A DNA stretch of 64,000 bases from Strigamia acuminata (Eukaryota), in the NCBI GenBank assembly GCA_949358305.1, contig OX442314.1:27900001-27964000 (forward strand). The letters are read 5' to 3'. This document shows positions 50,414 to 60,913 of this stretch, piece after piece. The translations under genes were made by a program, and so were the position numbers. Numbering within the stretch: position 1 is the first letter of the stretch; each line of letters starts with the position of its first letter. The notes beneath the pieces were generated by a model that was given only the letters and a program-made list of their open reading frames with translations, was not told the DNA's origin and ran no database searches.

Positions 50414-50607
50414 CGTCCCTCCCCGAGAATAAATCATCGGGGCCCCCCCTTTAAATAAAGGTGGAGCAGTATCTTTAATCATAAATAATCTTTTTATTAA
50501 ATAATGATGAATGATGAACAAAATATTTTACATTCTTGAAATTGATACATAAATAATTTCAGGGTTTTTTAGAGAAGACAGTCTTCTCGTTATGAATATG
50601 TAATTAA

Positions 50608-53600
50608 TTATTTCTTCAAGTTATCGGCGTAACTTGGCTTATCTTCCGAACTTGGTTCGTCCAGGTTGGGAGATGTGGTCAATTTTGAAGAGTAGTCCGA
50701 GGGGTCTTCGCTCTCGTTCAAGTAGAAACGTAAGTGACCTGGTGCTTCCAGCGGATTCCCCGTTCGTTCGTGGGCCCAAATTGGCGGCAAAAAGGGCGAC
50801 ATTCCCTGATTGGTGTGATGGATTCTTTGGGCCTCGGCAATGCTGGTTGGCGCGCGATGGGCTCGGAGTAGTCGTTGATGCTGGATGAAGCGATCGCCTC
50901 CGGCTCCAGCTTCGATAGCGTTCTTCATCCAGACATAAAGAGAATAGCCACGGTCTGGGGTTTGGAGTAATTTTGTTTCAGTATCCTTCGTCAAGGACAA
51001 CCCCGGGAAGTACATCCGGAGTCTGGCGGCGATCTGAGGTTCGGCCGTCTTTGAAGCTTTCATGCTCGATTTTGGGCGGAGCAATTTTCCTTTTGTTTCC
51101 TTCTTTTTGAGCGAGACTGGTTCGGCCAGTGGTTCGGAAGGTCTATTTTCCTTCGGCGGAGGCGGAGGAGGAGGCGTCGGATCCCTGGGAGCCGGAGTTT
51201 CCACGACGGGTGTGGTCACTGAAGACGACGGGCGTGGGTGTTGGATGATCGCTCGAACGTCCTGATAGGAGGTCTCTGGATCCGGGTCCTGGGCCACCAT
51301 TTGGGCTCGAATTACTGCCGCAGAGGGCACTAGGCGGGTCCAGCTGTCTACGAGAGCCGGCGGGACTTGGAAACCCTCGTGGGCCACCACGATCCAGGCT
51401 GCCACAGCAACACGTGCGTTTCGGAAGGTGGCGGCGGCCAGCAAAATCGACATCAAGTCGGTAATGGCAACCACGATCCTCGTATTCCAATTTGGATGAT
51501 CCCGATTTTTGTTCTGCGTATATTCAATCGAGATCCGCTGAAGGTTCGTGATGACGTTTTGGATCACGTTTTGTTGGTAGGAGTCCATCTCGCACAAAAG
51601 CGCTCTAGCTTGCTCCACGGTCGTTACCTCCAGAAACTGTTGCAACGTTACCTCCGAAGGGTTGATTGGAGTCGAGGCTTGGATGACTGCTGGGGCTGGC
51701 AACATCGGATTGGGTCCCGTGGATGTCGTTGGCTGAGGCACAGATCTGACCAGACGTCTTGATTTTTCCGGTTCGGGCTTGTCCCAAACGATTGGAGTTC
51801 TCGTTGAAGTTGAGGCTTCGGGGATAGTTGGGAGAGGTTCGACTTTGGCCGGTCCAAAGCGAGCTTCTCGATGTCTGAGTTGTTCTTCAGAACTCAGTGT
51901 CGGTGCGCCGATTATCACTTTCTTGCGAAAGGCGCTTGGGAGGCTGACGCTGGATGTTACGCTTCTCGTCTGCGAGAGTTCCGGCTTGATGAAAGCACTT
52001 GGCGCCGTCTCTAGACTCGAGGCGGTCGAGGGAGTCGGGCGGTAGACTGGTTTCGGCTGCATTTGTTGGTATTGCATAACTACCGCGAGGAGGTCCGCCT
52101 GAGTATACATCTTCTTTTGCTCGGGGACCTCGTCGATAATTACCTCATCGTCGATCTTCATTGGTTCGGGACTGTCCCGAATTGATCGTGTATCTTCGCA
52201 GCGCCTCCTATCTCGCTGTCGAATTTCTTCTTCACGATACGCTTTCCATGAACGTGCGCGACTCTCCGATCCTCTCCTTCTTCGTTCGTCTTGTAGACGG
52301 AGGTTCTCTCGTTCACGTCGGGCTCTTTCATCACGTTCGCGCAGGAACTCCTCTCGGTGTCTATTCCAGGATTCCTTGTTTTCTTCCCGCCGTCGGAAGT
52401 AATTTCTACGATAATCGTCCCAATTTTCTTGGTTCCTATCGCGTCGGCGTTGATCTTCTCGGCGGTCGGGGCGTTCGCGTACATTTTCTCTTCTTCGGCT
52501 GGTTGACGGGGCATCCCTGGATTGAAATCGCGATGTTTGTGGGATCTCCGTCTTTCCCAGGCGAGAGAGAGCGCTTGGTTTGGCCAGGCGTTTCTCTGTC
52601 GCGGGTTTCTTATTCTGCGCGCTGCTGGAAGTGCTTGGCTTGTCCAGGCATGGTTTCTTCGCTGAGCAGCCTGCTTCGTCGTGCTCGTTGGAGAGACGTT
52701 TCTCGGCCTTCTGGCGTTTGCGACCAAAGAAGCCCAAAAAATGCAATTGATGCATTGCTCGTTGCGAGGTGATGAAACCGTGTCTCGGTCTCCAATCTGG
52801 GCGGTCGGGCCGGTCTTCGCGGATCTGAAGGAGCCAAAACCTGATTTCCTCGGTCGAGTAACCGTCCGGCTGTAGATAATTGAAAACCTCGTCATGTGCG
52901 GTCCGCCTTACTTCTTCGTAATATGCCATATGAATCTGGTGTTTTTCTTCATCTGTTTCGGCGTCGCGCCATTGTTCGTAAACGTCCCATCCTCGCTGGT
53001 CGTCAGGAAAGGCGGCTCGGATTAGTGGATTCGGGATTGGCGCTGGCGGGTCCATATTTCTCGAGATAACTGCCCGTAAAGCTGCTTGATATTGGCGCGG
53101 CATGTAGTGGATCAACGTTTGCTGGCTGGACCAGTAGCGGCTGATCGCACGGGACAATAAAAGGCGAATTTTCCATGGTTCAAAGTCGACCGCTTCTTCG
53201 AGCGCTTGTCGGAACAGTATGGGGATTACTTCGCGCCATAAGCTGCCTGCGGAAACTCTTTTCGGGTCGATTTGCCCCCACGTAGTGCGATATCCGTCCT
53301 AAATATTAGAATATTAATAAATATATTAGGATCGTTGATTAATTTGTCATATTTTTGTAGAGATTCTTTCGTCTAACACAAGATGGCGTCATGGTCGGCC
53401 ATGTGCTTTTCGACCACGTGTCTTGAAGTTAATTTTTCTTTCGGTATTTGATTAATTTTGATAATTTGTCACTTAAAGTTAAATTATTTCTTCGTTTGTG
53501 GTCAGTCCACGAACTTATTTCGTATTTTTGATTATCGATAATTGAATTTTTTCTATTTTTTACTTACGTCGGGTTGGACATCGGGTTCATTGGGTTCGTC

Positions 53601-53717
53601 CCAATTTCCCTCTTCGTTGTTTACAATGATTTGTAACAAATCCACTTGATCTTCATCGTCATCCTCGGAAGCGTTGTTTACGGCCCGTTCAATTTCTTTC
53701 TTCCAATCATTTCTCAT
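50608..53717 (-). CDS. Gypsy accessory ORF3, spliced (53717-53568 + 53298-50608), about 946 aa, non-Env, unknown function
   Basis: ATG at 53717, a 50-codon exon ending GAC|gtaagta, and a 269-bp AT-rich intron ending ctaatatttag|GAC. The junction is phase 0 and runs in frame into the 849-aa ORF. Confidence 0.8.
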
Positions 53718-53895
53718 TTTTCGGAAACTAATTTGATTTCACGGCTGTCTCGAGGTGATCGTTGCTTAGTCGGAGATGACAGTGATAAGTGTGGGTCGGG
53801 TTAGAGGTTAACTATTAGTCTCATGTCATCTTTGATTGGTTTGGCCAATTAAGACGCATTGTGGGACGTAACAGGTGTCCCCCCTGTGGTTGTTT

Positions 53896-56800
53896 TTATC
53901 GATTGTTTGAGACAATGGCCGGAGTCGCTTTTTGTTTTCCGACGAGTTTCCCGTCTTTTATGAACGGGTTTGGCTTGTGTCGGCGCATACCGTATATTTT
54001 ATCAGGTTTGGGGATTCCTGTAGTCTTCTTTTTGTTTGATTGCTTTCCTTTTTTAGGAGATTCTGCGACTATTTCCTCCCTCCCCGAAATCTCATCCGGG
54101 GCGTCGGCCACTTCGAGTAACTCATCTTGAACTAAATTGGTTGGGCCAGTTTGTTCATCTAAAAACATGTCGCGAATAATTGGATTTTTCGCTGGTTTCG
54201 TCTGATATTCCGTCCAAGCCTCTTGAGGAAACTCAGGTAAGTATGGAGTTAATTCTCGGGCGTGGATCGATCTAAAATTAACGTTATCTGCCAATCTTTT
54301 TAGCTTGAAAGCGTTTCCGCCGTGGGCTTCGAGTATGACGTACGGGCCGTCGCGTTTGTCTGCTAAGCCTGCGTGGATCCCCTTATCGGCGCTGGACTGA
54401 ATATGTGTGTCTTTCCAGACGAGGTCATTGACTTTAAAATTGCAGAAGGGCCGATCCTTTCCAGCAATGCTAATACGATCTCTCATGTCGAATATGTGTG
54501 ACATCATGTGCTGATAAGTGGCCGAAATTATTTGCTCCAGTCTGTCGACATAAATATGAGGCTTCTCAGGATCAATTTCCAGTATTTCCTCCGGTATTCG
54601 TGGGTCCCAGGGTACTCTGAGTTCCCGAGCGAAGTTTAGAAACGCGGGAGAAAATTTGCGGTTCCTTGAGATCGTTGTGCGGATGCTGAAGGCAATTTCA
54701 CGAAGATATTCGTCCCAGCTGGAGTGAACATCGGTGAAAATTGCTAGTGCATATTTTATATCGCGATTTAACCTTTCGACGGGATTGGCCCGTGGATTAT
54801 AGGTTGATGTATATGATGTCTCGATGTCGAATTTTTTACAGAAGTCTTTATACAAATTTGACGCGAATTGTGGTCCATTATCGGAGATTAATTTTCGAGG
54901 GAATCCAAAATGAAGCGCCACTTCGTACAAACATCGAATGATTTTTTGCTTAGTTGGTCTCTCCATTGGAAAGAGTTCGGGCCATCCAGTCGCGACATCC
55001 ATGATTACTAATATATATTTGCTTTTATTGGATGACGTGGGTTTTGGGCCCATTAAATCCACGCTCCAGCAATCGAAGGGTGCGAAAGGGCCAAGTGAGA
55101 TTCTCTCGTAGTTCTTGGGCGTCCTCGGCTTGCACGCTTGGCATCTGGGGCAGTGATGAATAAAACGAACAATATCTCGGGTCATTTTTGGCCAGAAATA
55201 AAGTTGATTTGCTCGGTAGATCGTTCTGGCCACTCCAGAATGTCCGGCGAGCGGGTGTCCGTGGACCATCCACAGAAACCTTGTCAGCAGACTCCTGGGT
55301 ATAACGACTTTCATCGAAGTTCCTGTCTCCGTCAGATCATCGCGGAAATTCGGGTGGTGTTTTAGTAGAAGTCCATCCTCGATTAAGTACGTGGAGGCTT
55401 CTCTTTCGAATTCTTCACGTTGGATTTCGTCGAAATTCTCGTCGGGAAATATTTTATCTGTGATGAAGTCTCGATAAGTTTTACAGAAGTCGTCTGCCAT
55501 CTGGGCGGCTATTAATTCGTCCCTGGTGGGCGGTTTGCTATTCGTCCCCTTGCTTACGTGGGCGACGAATGCTCGAACGTACTTGTCGGAGATTCGAGGT
55601 TCTATTGTTAGCTCATAATTTGGGTGAGCGTCCTTGACCGACTGGTACGCTCGGAGCCAATAACTGTAATAATTCTGGTCTCCTGACTCGAGTTTCTCCT
55701 TGGGTAATTCGTTTAGCTTTTTAAATTCCCATTTTCGGACGGGGTTCGGACAGTAGAAGAGGCGTGAGTCGTCCTCTCCGCAGTCGGTCTCGTCTTCGGG
55801 GTCTGAAGCTGGGGCTCGTGAGAGGGCGTCTGCCACGACGTTGAATTTTCCGGGTCGGTATTCAATGATTAAGTCACAAGCCATTAATTCTAGCTGCCAG
55901 CGAGCCATTCTTCCGGACGGTTCCTTCAACGCCATTAACCACTTTAGTGCTTCGTGGTCAGTTTGTACGTTGAACTTGGTAAATTCCAGGTATGGTCTGA
56001 ATTTTCGGATTGCCCAGACGACGGCTAGACATTCTAACTCTGTCGCATTATAATTCTTTTCGGCTGCTTGTAATTTCCGGCTGATGAACATCGTCGGGAC
56101 CTCTAACACTACTCCGTCGATGTCATGCTTTTGAAGCAACGCAGCACCTAGGCCAATTCGACTGGCGTCGGTGTGAAGAGTGAATTCTCGATTAAGATCT
56201 GGTAGGGGAATTCGTTTTACATCGATCAGCATTTGTTTTATTTTGTTAAACGATGTTTCGCAGTGGTCAGTCCACTCGAAATCTTTATCGTTGCGTAACA
56301 GATCTGTGATGGGCGCCGCGACGTCTGCCAAATTTGGGAGCAATCGATTGAAGAAATTCACCATGCCCATGAAACGTTGGACTCCTTTTACATCTTCCGG
56401 GGCGGGGAACTGGCTAATCGCCTGGGTCTTTTTCGGGTCGATGGATAGGCCACCTGTTCCGACTGTGTAACCCAGGAATGCCAATTCTTTGCGGCAAAAT
56501 TTACTTTTCCCTGGATGAATGTTTAGACCGGCTTTTGTGAGTCGCTCCATGACGTCATTCACGTGTATCAGGTGATCTTCAAAAGTTTGGGAGACTATGA
56601 CTATATCATCGAGGTAAGCCCATGCGTATTTGTGTAAGGCATCGCCGAGAACTTTTTCTATTAGTTTTTGAAAGGTGGCGGGTGCGTTTACTAACCCGAA
56701 GGGCATTACATTAAACATCAGTCGACCCTGTGGTGCCCAAAAAGCTGTTTTCTCTTTATCCTCTTCCCGCAATTCAACCTGCCAGTAACCCTTGGACAAG

Positions 56801-57978
56801 TCCATGGTCGTGACCCAGTTAAATGGGGCGAGCTCCCGTAGAATCGCTTCTATTGACGGCATTTGGATGGGGTCGATGACGGTTATGGCGTTTAAAGGTC
56901 TATAATCGATGCAGAGGCGCGGTTCGGAGCCGGGTCGCATGACGAGGACAATCCTCATTCCATATTCTCCGATGGCGTGCGACACGATCCCTTTTTCGAG
57001 TAACTCGTTGCACATCGTTCTTACGATATGTCTCTTTTGGGGATTCATAGTTTTAAAAGGTACTCGCACCGGTTTTCCCGTAACCAATTCGATCTCGTGC
57101 ATTACGTAACTAGTCTTTCCTGGATCTTTATTTAAGTTCTTCGAGTGCTTCTTGAGCATTTCCTCGAGGAGTTTCGTTTGTTCTTCTCCAAGATTGGCGT
57201 CCATGGCCAGATTATGTATTAAATTCTCCTCTTGGAGGATAGTATTAAACGACTTAAAATTATAGTCTTGGATGAACTTCTTAATTTCGCCTCCTCCCCA
57301 TTCCTCGTCGTCCTTAGCTTTGTCTAGGAGTTCCGGAGGTATTATGGGTAGTCGTGGGTCCTCGTGGTTGTCGATGTAATTCCACGAACGTGTGACTGGG
57401 TTGGGCTGGATGTTCATCCGTTCCATCAAATCCATTCCTATCAGCAGGATTGTGTCTCGGGTTGGTAACACGATGAAGAAATGCTTAATCGTGCCTCCTT
57501 CCCATACAAAATCGGTTGATAACGTCCCCACTGCTCTAACTTCTCCCGCTGCTGTAAGAACTCGAATATTCTCGTTCATTCCCCGTAATTTTTTCTGTAT
57601 TTTTTCTTCGAGTGATTCGAATAAGTCGGTGGAGATAAACGACTGATCCGCTCCCGAGTCGAGTAGTCCCATTAACACCTTTTTGCCGAAAGAGACTGGT
57701 ATTTTAGCCAGTACGCTCTTCGCTTCTGTTGATAGGTTGCAACGAAGTATTCGCTTTTTAAGAGGATTGGCCCCTTGGTCAAGCGGCAAAGTCATGAAAG
57801 CGTTGGCTATACCGTCTTCGTCTCTAATTTCGAATTTCCGTTTTTTGGTTGGAGTTGTGACTTCCTCGTTGGCAGCTTCCTCGAAGAATTCCAACAATTT
57901 TTTCATTTCTTTAATTTGTTTTTCCACCAGTGTAAGGTCCATCGTTTTCGAAGTTATCGCGAGCGGATGTGGAATCAC
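53896..57978 (-). CDS. pol: Gypsy Pol (protease-RT-RNase H-integrase), probably reached by a -1 frameshift
   Basis: Protease LLDSGA; RT DLSKGYWQ, MPFGLVNAPATFQ and YLDD; RNase H HTDASRIGLGA; integrase HHCC (H..H..C..C), SVDLMGP, SDNGPQF, VERLNR and GPY. Confidence 0.97.
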   Translation of the reverse strand: MIPHPLAITSKTMDLTLVEKQIKEMKKLLEFFEEAANEEVTTPTKKRKFEIRDEDGIANAFMTLPLDQGANPLKKRILRCNLSTEAKSVLAKIPVSFGKKVLMGLLDSGADQSFISTDLFESLEEKIQKKLRGMNENIRVLTAAGEVRAVGTLSTDFVWEGGTIKHFFIVLPTRDTILLIGMDLMERMNIQPNPVTRSWNYIDNHEDPRLPIIPPELLDKAKDDEEWGGGEIKKFIQDYNFKSFNTILQEENLIHNLAMDANLGEEQTKLLEEMLKKHSKNLNKDPGKTSYVMHEIELVTGKPVRVPFKTMNPQKRHIVRTMCNELLEKGIVSHAIGEYGMRIVLVMRPGSEPRLCIDYRPLNAITVIDPIQMPSIEAILRELAPFNWVTTMDLSKGYWQVELREEDKEKTAFWAPQGRLMFNVMPFGLVNAPATFQKLIEKVLGDALHKYAWAYLDDIVIVSQTFEDHLIHVNDVMERLTKAGLNIHPGKSKFCRKELAFLGYTVGTGGLSIDPKKTQAISQFPAPEDVKGVQRFMGMVNFFNRLLPNLADVAAPITDLLRNDKDFEWTDHCETSFNKIKQMLIDVKRIPLPDLNREFTLHTDASRIGLGAALLQKHDIDGVVLEVPTMFISRKLQAAEKNYNATELECLAVVWAIRKFRPYLEFTKFNVQTDHEALKWLMALKEPSGRMARWQLELMACDLIIEYRPGKFNVVADALSRAPASDPEDETDCGEDDSRLFYCPNPVRKWEFKKLNELPKEKLESGDQNYYSYWLRAYQSVKDAHPNYELTIEPRISDKYVRAFVAHVSKGTNSKPPTRDELIAAQMADDFCKTYRDFITDKIFPDENFDEIQREEFEREASTYLIEDGLLLKHHPNFRDDLTETGTSMKVVIPRSLLTRFLWMVHGHPLAGHSGVARTIYRANQLYFWPKMTRDIVRFIHHCPRCQACKPRTPKNYERISLGPFAPFDCWSVDLMGPKPTSSNKSKYILVIMDVATGWPELFPMERPTKQKIIRCLYEVALHFGFPRKLISDNGPQFASNLYKDFCKKFDIETSYTSTYNPRANPVERLNRDIKYALAIFTDVHSSWDEYLREIAFSIRTTISRNRKFSPAFLNFARELRVPWDPRIPEEILEIDPEKPHIYVDRLEQIISATYQHMMSHIFDMRDRISIAGKDRPFCNFKVNDLVWKDTHIQSSADKGIHAGLADKRDGPYVILEAHGGNAFKLKRLADNVNFRSIHARELTPYLPEFPQEAWTEYQTKPAKNPIIRDMFLDEQTGPTNLVQDELLEVADAPDEISGREEIVAESPKKGKQSNKKKTTGIPKPDKIYGMRRHKPNPFIKDGKLVGKQKATPAIVSNNR

Positions 57979-60821
57979 TTTTGTTCCGCCCGCGAGTTCC
58001 AGTTTTTTGTCATACTGTCGAATTTGGCGGTGAGTTCCTTCAAGATTTTTTCTTGTTCCTTCGCGAGCAATTTCACTAGCTCCTCACGCTCTGCGGCCTT
58101 GTCGTCGGCTTTTTTCTTTGCCAGTTTTGGGCAGGCCTGACGCCAGTGGCCGTCTTCGTTACAGAAATTACAAGGGCTTTTCTTCTTTCCCTCCCGCTCA
58201 AAAGGTTTTTTGGGGTAGTCCTTCTTCTCGGAAGTCGCCTCTGTTTTCGGGTTGTGGTGTTCCGATTTTCTGGACTTCATCTGAGGTCGGTAGCTGGGCG
58301 CCAGTTCCTTCCCCATGTTTGCGTGTACCACATCGTTGATACCTTCGTCAGCCTCATCGCTTTCCGAGAATTGCTCAGAGTCTTCGCTTACTTCGTCTTC
58401 CGACTTTTCCTCGGCGGCGTTAGTTTGCGTGCGATAGGCCTTATTCGGAGGTGGTAAAGGGTTAGAAGCTTGTTGGTTTTTCTTTGAGGGGAGTGGCTCT
58501 ATACTTCCGTTTAGATAATTTCGCGATTGGAGCAGCTTAGTGGAGTCTATGCTGCGCTCCTGTATTCGTTGCTGTCGGGCCACTCCTAGAGCTCGCTCTT
58601 CTTTTGTCAGATTTTCGTTATACCGAGCATTTACTTCGGTGTGTTTCTTCTCGACGAAAGCTAGGATGGCTTTGAAATTATCCCCTTTAGGAGCGTTCAT
58701 TTCTCGTAGGACTTTGGTTGCGGTTTCGTTTAGTCCTTGTTCGAAGAGAGCTTTCTGAGCGTGTTGGTCAAATGGTTTGTCCATTTCACGGAACAGGCTG
58801 TCGGCTCGTTGTACGTATTCCCTCAGAGTTTCCCCGGGAGCTTGCTTCATAGAGCTTACTCTTTTCTGGATTTCTTGGCTCGTCTCGCCATATTGATTGT
58901 GGAACTTTATGACGAAATCTTCCCAGTTTCGGGGTTGGACATCAGCGTACCAGTTTCGGGCCCGGTTGATCAGCATTTCTGGTATTCCGCGTGCAACCAT
59001 TTCGTCGGGTTCCGCTCCTAAGCGATTAATCGTCAGGGCGACTTCGTCCAAAAACAAGTTGCCGGCGTTCCAGGATCCGTCGAACTTAATTAGTCTCAGG
59101 GTCGTCCACTTGATGTTGTTATCCTTGCGAGAATACAGCCATCGGTCTGCGGAGTAACGTTTCAACAATCCTTCGCTTCGATCGTCCTCCTCGGTCTCTT
59201 GGCCACGGCTTTGTTGAAGTTTTTGGTCCATGGCCTGAAGGAGTTCGTCTTTCATCGTCCGTAGTTGGTTGCTTAGCGAGTCAGTCTCACTAAGCAGCGG
59301 TGATGATCGTGGATTGTCGGAAGGGAGGCTTGGGTAATGCGTACCGTTGCCCGTCAGTCCGAACTGATTGTGTTGGAACGACGTTTTCCCTGATGATCCC
59401 GCGGTGTTCGGGTTATTCGTGAGGTCTTGCGCTATGGTTGAGTTATCTGGGTTCGCTTTCTCTGGAGCGGAGGTTTGGCTCAACTTTGTTCCGGGCGGTA
59501 TCAGATCGTCCAGTCGGGTCCCCGTGAGGCCTTCGTTCGTTTTTTTGATAAAAACGTAGGAATCTCTCCCAGCATACGCTTCGGCGGCGTGTTTCTTTTC
59601 GAGGTGATTTTTAACTGCGTTAATCTCCTCGAGCGTCGGCATGGCCAGTTTATTTTGACCTACTTCGTTGCGTATTTGATTCTTCTGATTTATACATCTG
59701 ATTAGCTCTGCGTTAGGGTCGCCTGGGTTGTTATTACTGGTTTGGCCAGTTTTCATTGCGAATGAGTTTTTTACTGCCCATGATTGTGCGCCCTGATTAT
59801 TCCTCCTATCCTGTATAAACGCCTCGTACAGTTCTCCTTTGACTTCGTCCGATTCGTTCAAGATGCTATCTAGTCCGTTGACTCGAATACTGCCGTGAGA
59901 TGCTTGAGAGTCGATACTTTCGCTGTCTGACGTTGCTTCGCCGCCTGTCTCGGACTGTTGTCGATCTGCTCCGACCCGACGTCGTTTCTCTCCGCGTCTG
60001 GCCGTGTTATCTGCCGATCGTTTTTCAGTCCTCTGATTTACTAGGTCGATTACTCGGCTTAGCTCTGCGTAGGGATCCTTGTCCTGGTCGATCTCGATGC
60101 CGTGTGCGCAAGCTACCCGAGTTACTTCTATTGCTTTGGCTACCAGCTCCTTAGCTGTGTGAGACCGTTCTGGGGAGCTCTGTACGGAGTTTGGCTCCGA
60201 ATGCTGGCTTAACCCGTTGCTTGGCGGCCGGATCTGGCAGTCCTTTGCCATTTCTCGTTCGATTATTTTCTGCTTCGCGAGCAATTCTCGAGCCAGCTCG
60301 CGCTCCAGTGCCATTTGTTTAGCTTGGTGTTCTTGTGCCAAGCTCTGTTCCATGGCAGCTAATTTCTCGCGATGCTCTCTGGCTAAATCTTCCATCAATT
60401 CGTTTTTCTTCTTCTCTAACGCGACTGTTCTTGCTTGGTCTGCGCGGGCAGCCTCGTTGATAATTGCGGCACTTGTGTTTGCCGCTTTATTTAGAAGAGT
60501 CATTAGATCCATTTCACTGGGATCCTTTTCGACTGGTCTTGGGCTTTTCAATCCGAATCGAGGGTTTTCGAACGATTTATTTAGTCCGTTTTCTTCGTGA
60601 GAGCTTCCTGATCCTTCGAATTCGCCTCCCGTAAACGGAAGTTGTCTTGCAAGGGGAAGGCTTTCACTTGATGATTCCGTTGAAACTTTAGTCGAGTTAG
60701 TCTCGACTTCTGGTTCCACGTGGTTCGCTTCTTCCGCTTTTTGGCGTTCGATTTCTTCGGCTTCTTTTCTATCCTTTTCGTCGTTACGCCTTTTTCTATC
60801 TTCTGCGGTAGTTTTTGTCAT
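57975..60821 (-). CDS. gag: Gypsy Gag, 948 aa, with capsid-like region and CCHC zinc knuckle
   Basis: Capsid-like KFDG...ARNWY...WEDFVIKFHNQY...QAPGETLREYVQR and knuckle CNFCNEDGHWRQAC; it follows the PBS. Confidence 0.93.
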   Translation of the reverse strand: MTKTTAEDRKRRNDEKDRKEAEEIERQKAEEANHVEPEVETNSTKVSTESSSESLPLARQLPFTGGEFEGSGSSHEENGLNKSFENPRFGLKSPRPVEKDPSEMDLMTLLNKAANTSAAIINEAARADQARTVALEKKKNELMEDLAREHREKLAAMEQSLAQEHQAKQMALERELARELLAKQKIIEREMAKDCQIRPPSNGLSQHSEPNSVQSSPERSHTAKELVAKAIEVTRVACAHGIEIDQDKDPYAELSRVIDLVNQRTEKRSADNTARRGEKRRRVGADRQQSETGGEATSDSESIDSQASHGSIRVNGLDSILNESDEVKGELYEAFIQDRRNNQGAQSWAVKNSFAMKTGQTSNNNPGDPNAELIRCINQKNQIRNEVGQNKLAMPTLEEINAVKNHLEKKHAAEAYAGRDSYVFIKKTNEGLTGTRLDDLIPPGTKLSQTSAPEKANPDNSTIAQDLTNNPNTAGSSGKTSFQHNQFGLTGNGTHYPSLPSDNPRSSPLLSETDSLSNQLRTMKDELLQAMDQKLQQSRGQETEEDDRSEGLLKRYSADRWLYSRKDNNIKWTTLRLIKFDGSWNAGNLFLDEVALTINRLGAEPDEMVARGIPEMLINRARNWYADVQPRNWEDFVIKFHNQYGETSQEIQKRVSSMKQAPGETLREYVQRADSLFREMDKPFDQHAQKALFEQGLNETATKVLREMNAPKGDNFKAILAFVEKKHTEVNARYNENLTKEERALGVARQQRIQERSIDSTKLLQSRNYLNGSIEPLPSKKNQQASNPLPPPNKAYRTQTNAAEEKSEDEVSEDSEQFSESDEADEGINDVVHANMGKELAPSYRPQMKSRKSEHHNPKTEATSEKKDYPKKPFEREGKKKSPCNFCNEDGHWRQACPKLAKKKADDKAAEREELVKLLAKEQEKILKELTAKFDSMTKNWNSRAEQK

Positions 60822-60893
60822 TTCTTACGATATAATGATCGATTGAAAGATCCCGGTTATTATTTAAAGTATTGTCTTAAGGTTAGCAAATCT

Positions 60894-60911
60894 ATCCCGG
60901 ACAGGCCCCCA
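60894..60911 (-). other. Primer-binding site, tRNA-Pro-like
   Basis: TGGGGGCCTGTCCGGGAT lies 2 nt inside the 5' LTR boundary; the canonical tRNA-Pro PBS is TGGGGGCTCGTCCGGGAT. Confidence 0.8.
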
Positions 60912-60913
60912 CG

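Noticed and set aside
52158..52895. 245-aa overlapping ORF inside ORF3
   Set aside because: It has no recognisable motifs and is likely a by-product of biased composition.
50608..53157. ORF3 as a retroviral-like Env
   Set aside because: No signal peptide, fusion-peptide or TM anchor pattern is evident, and the protein is highly charged.
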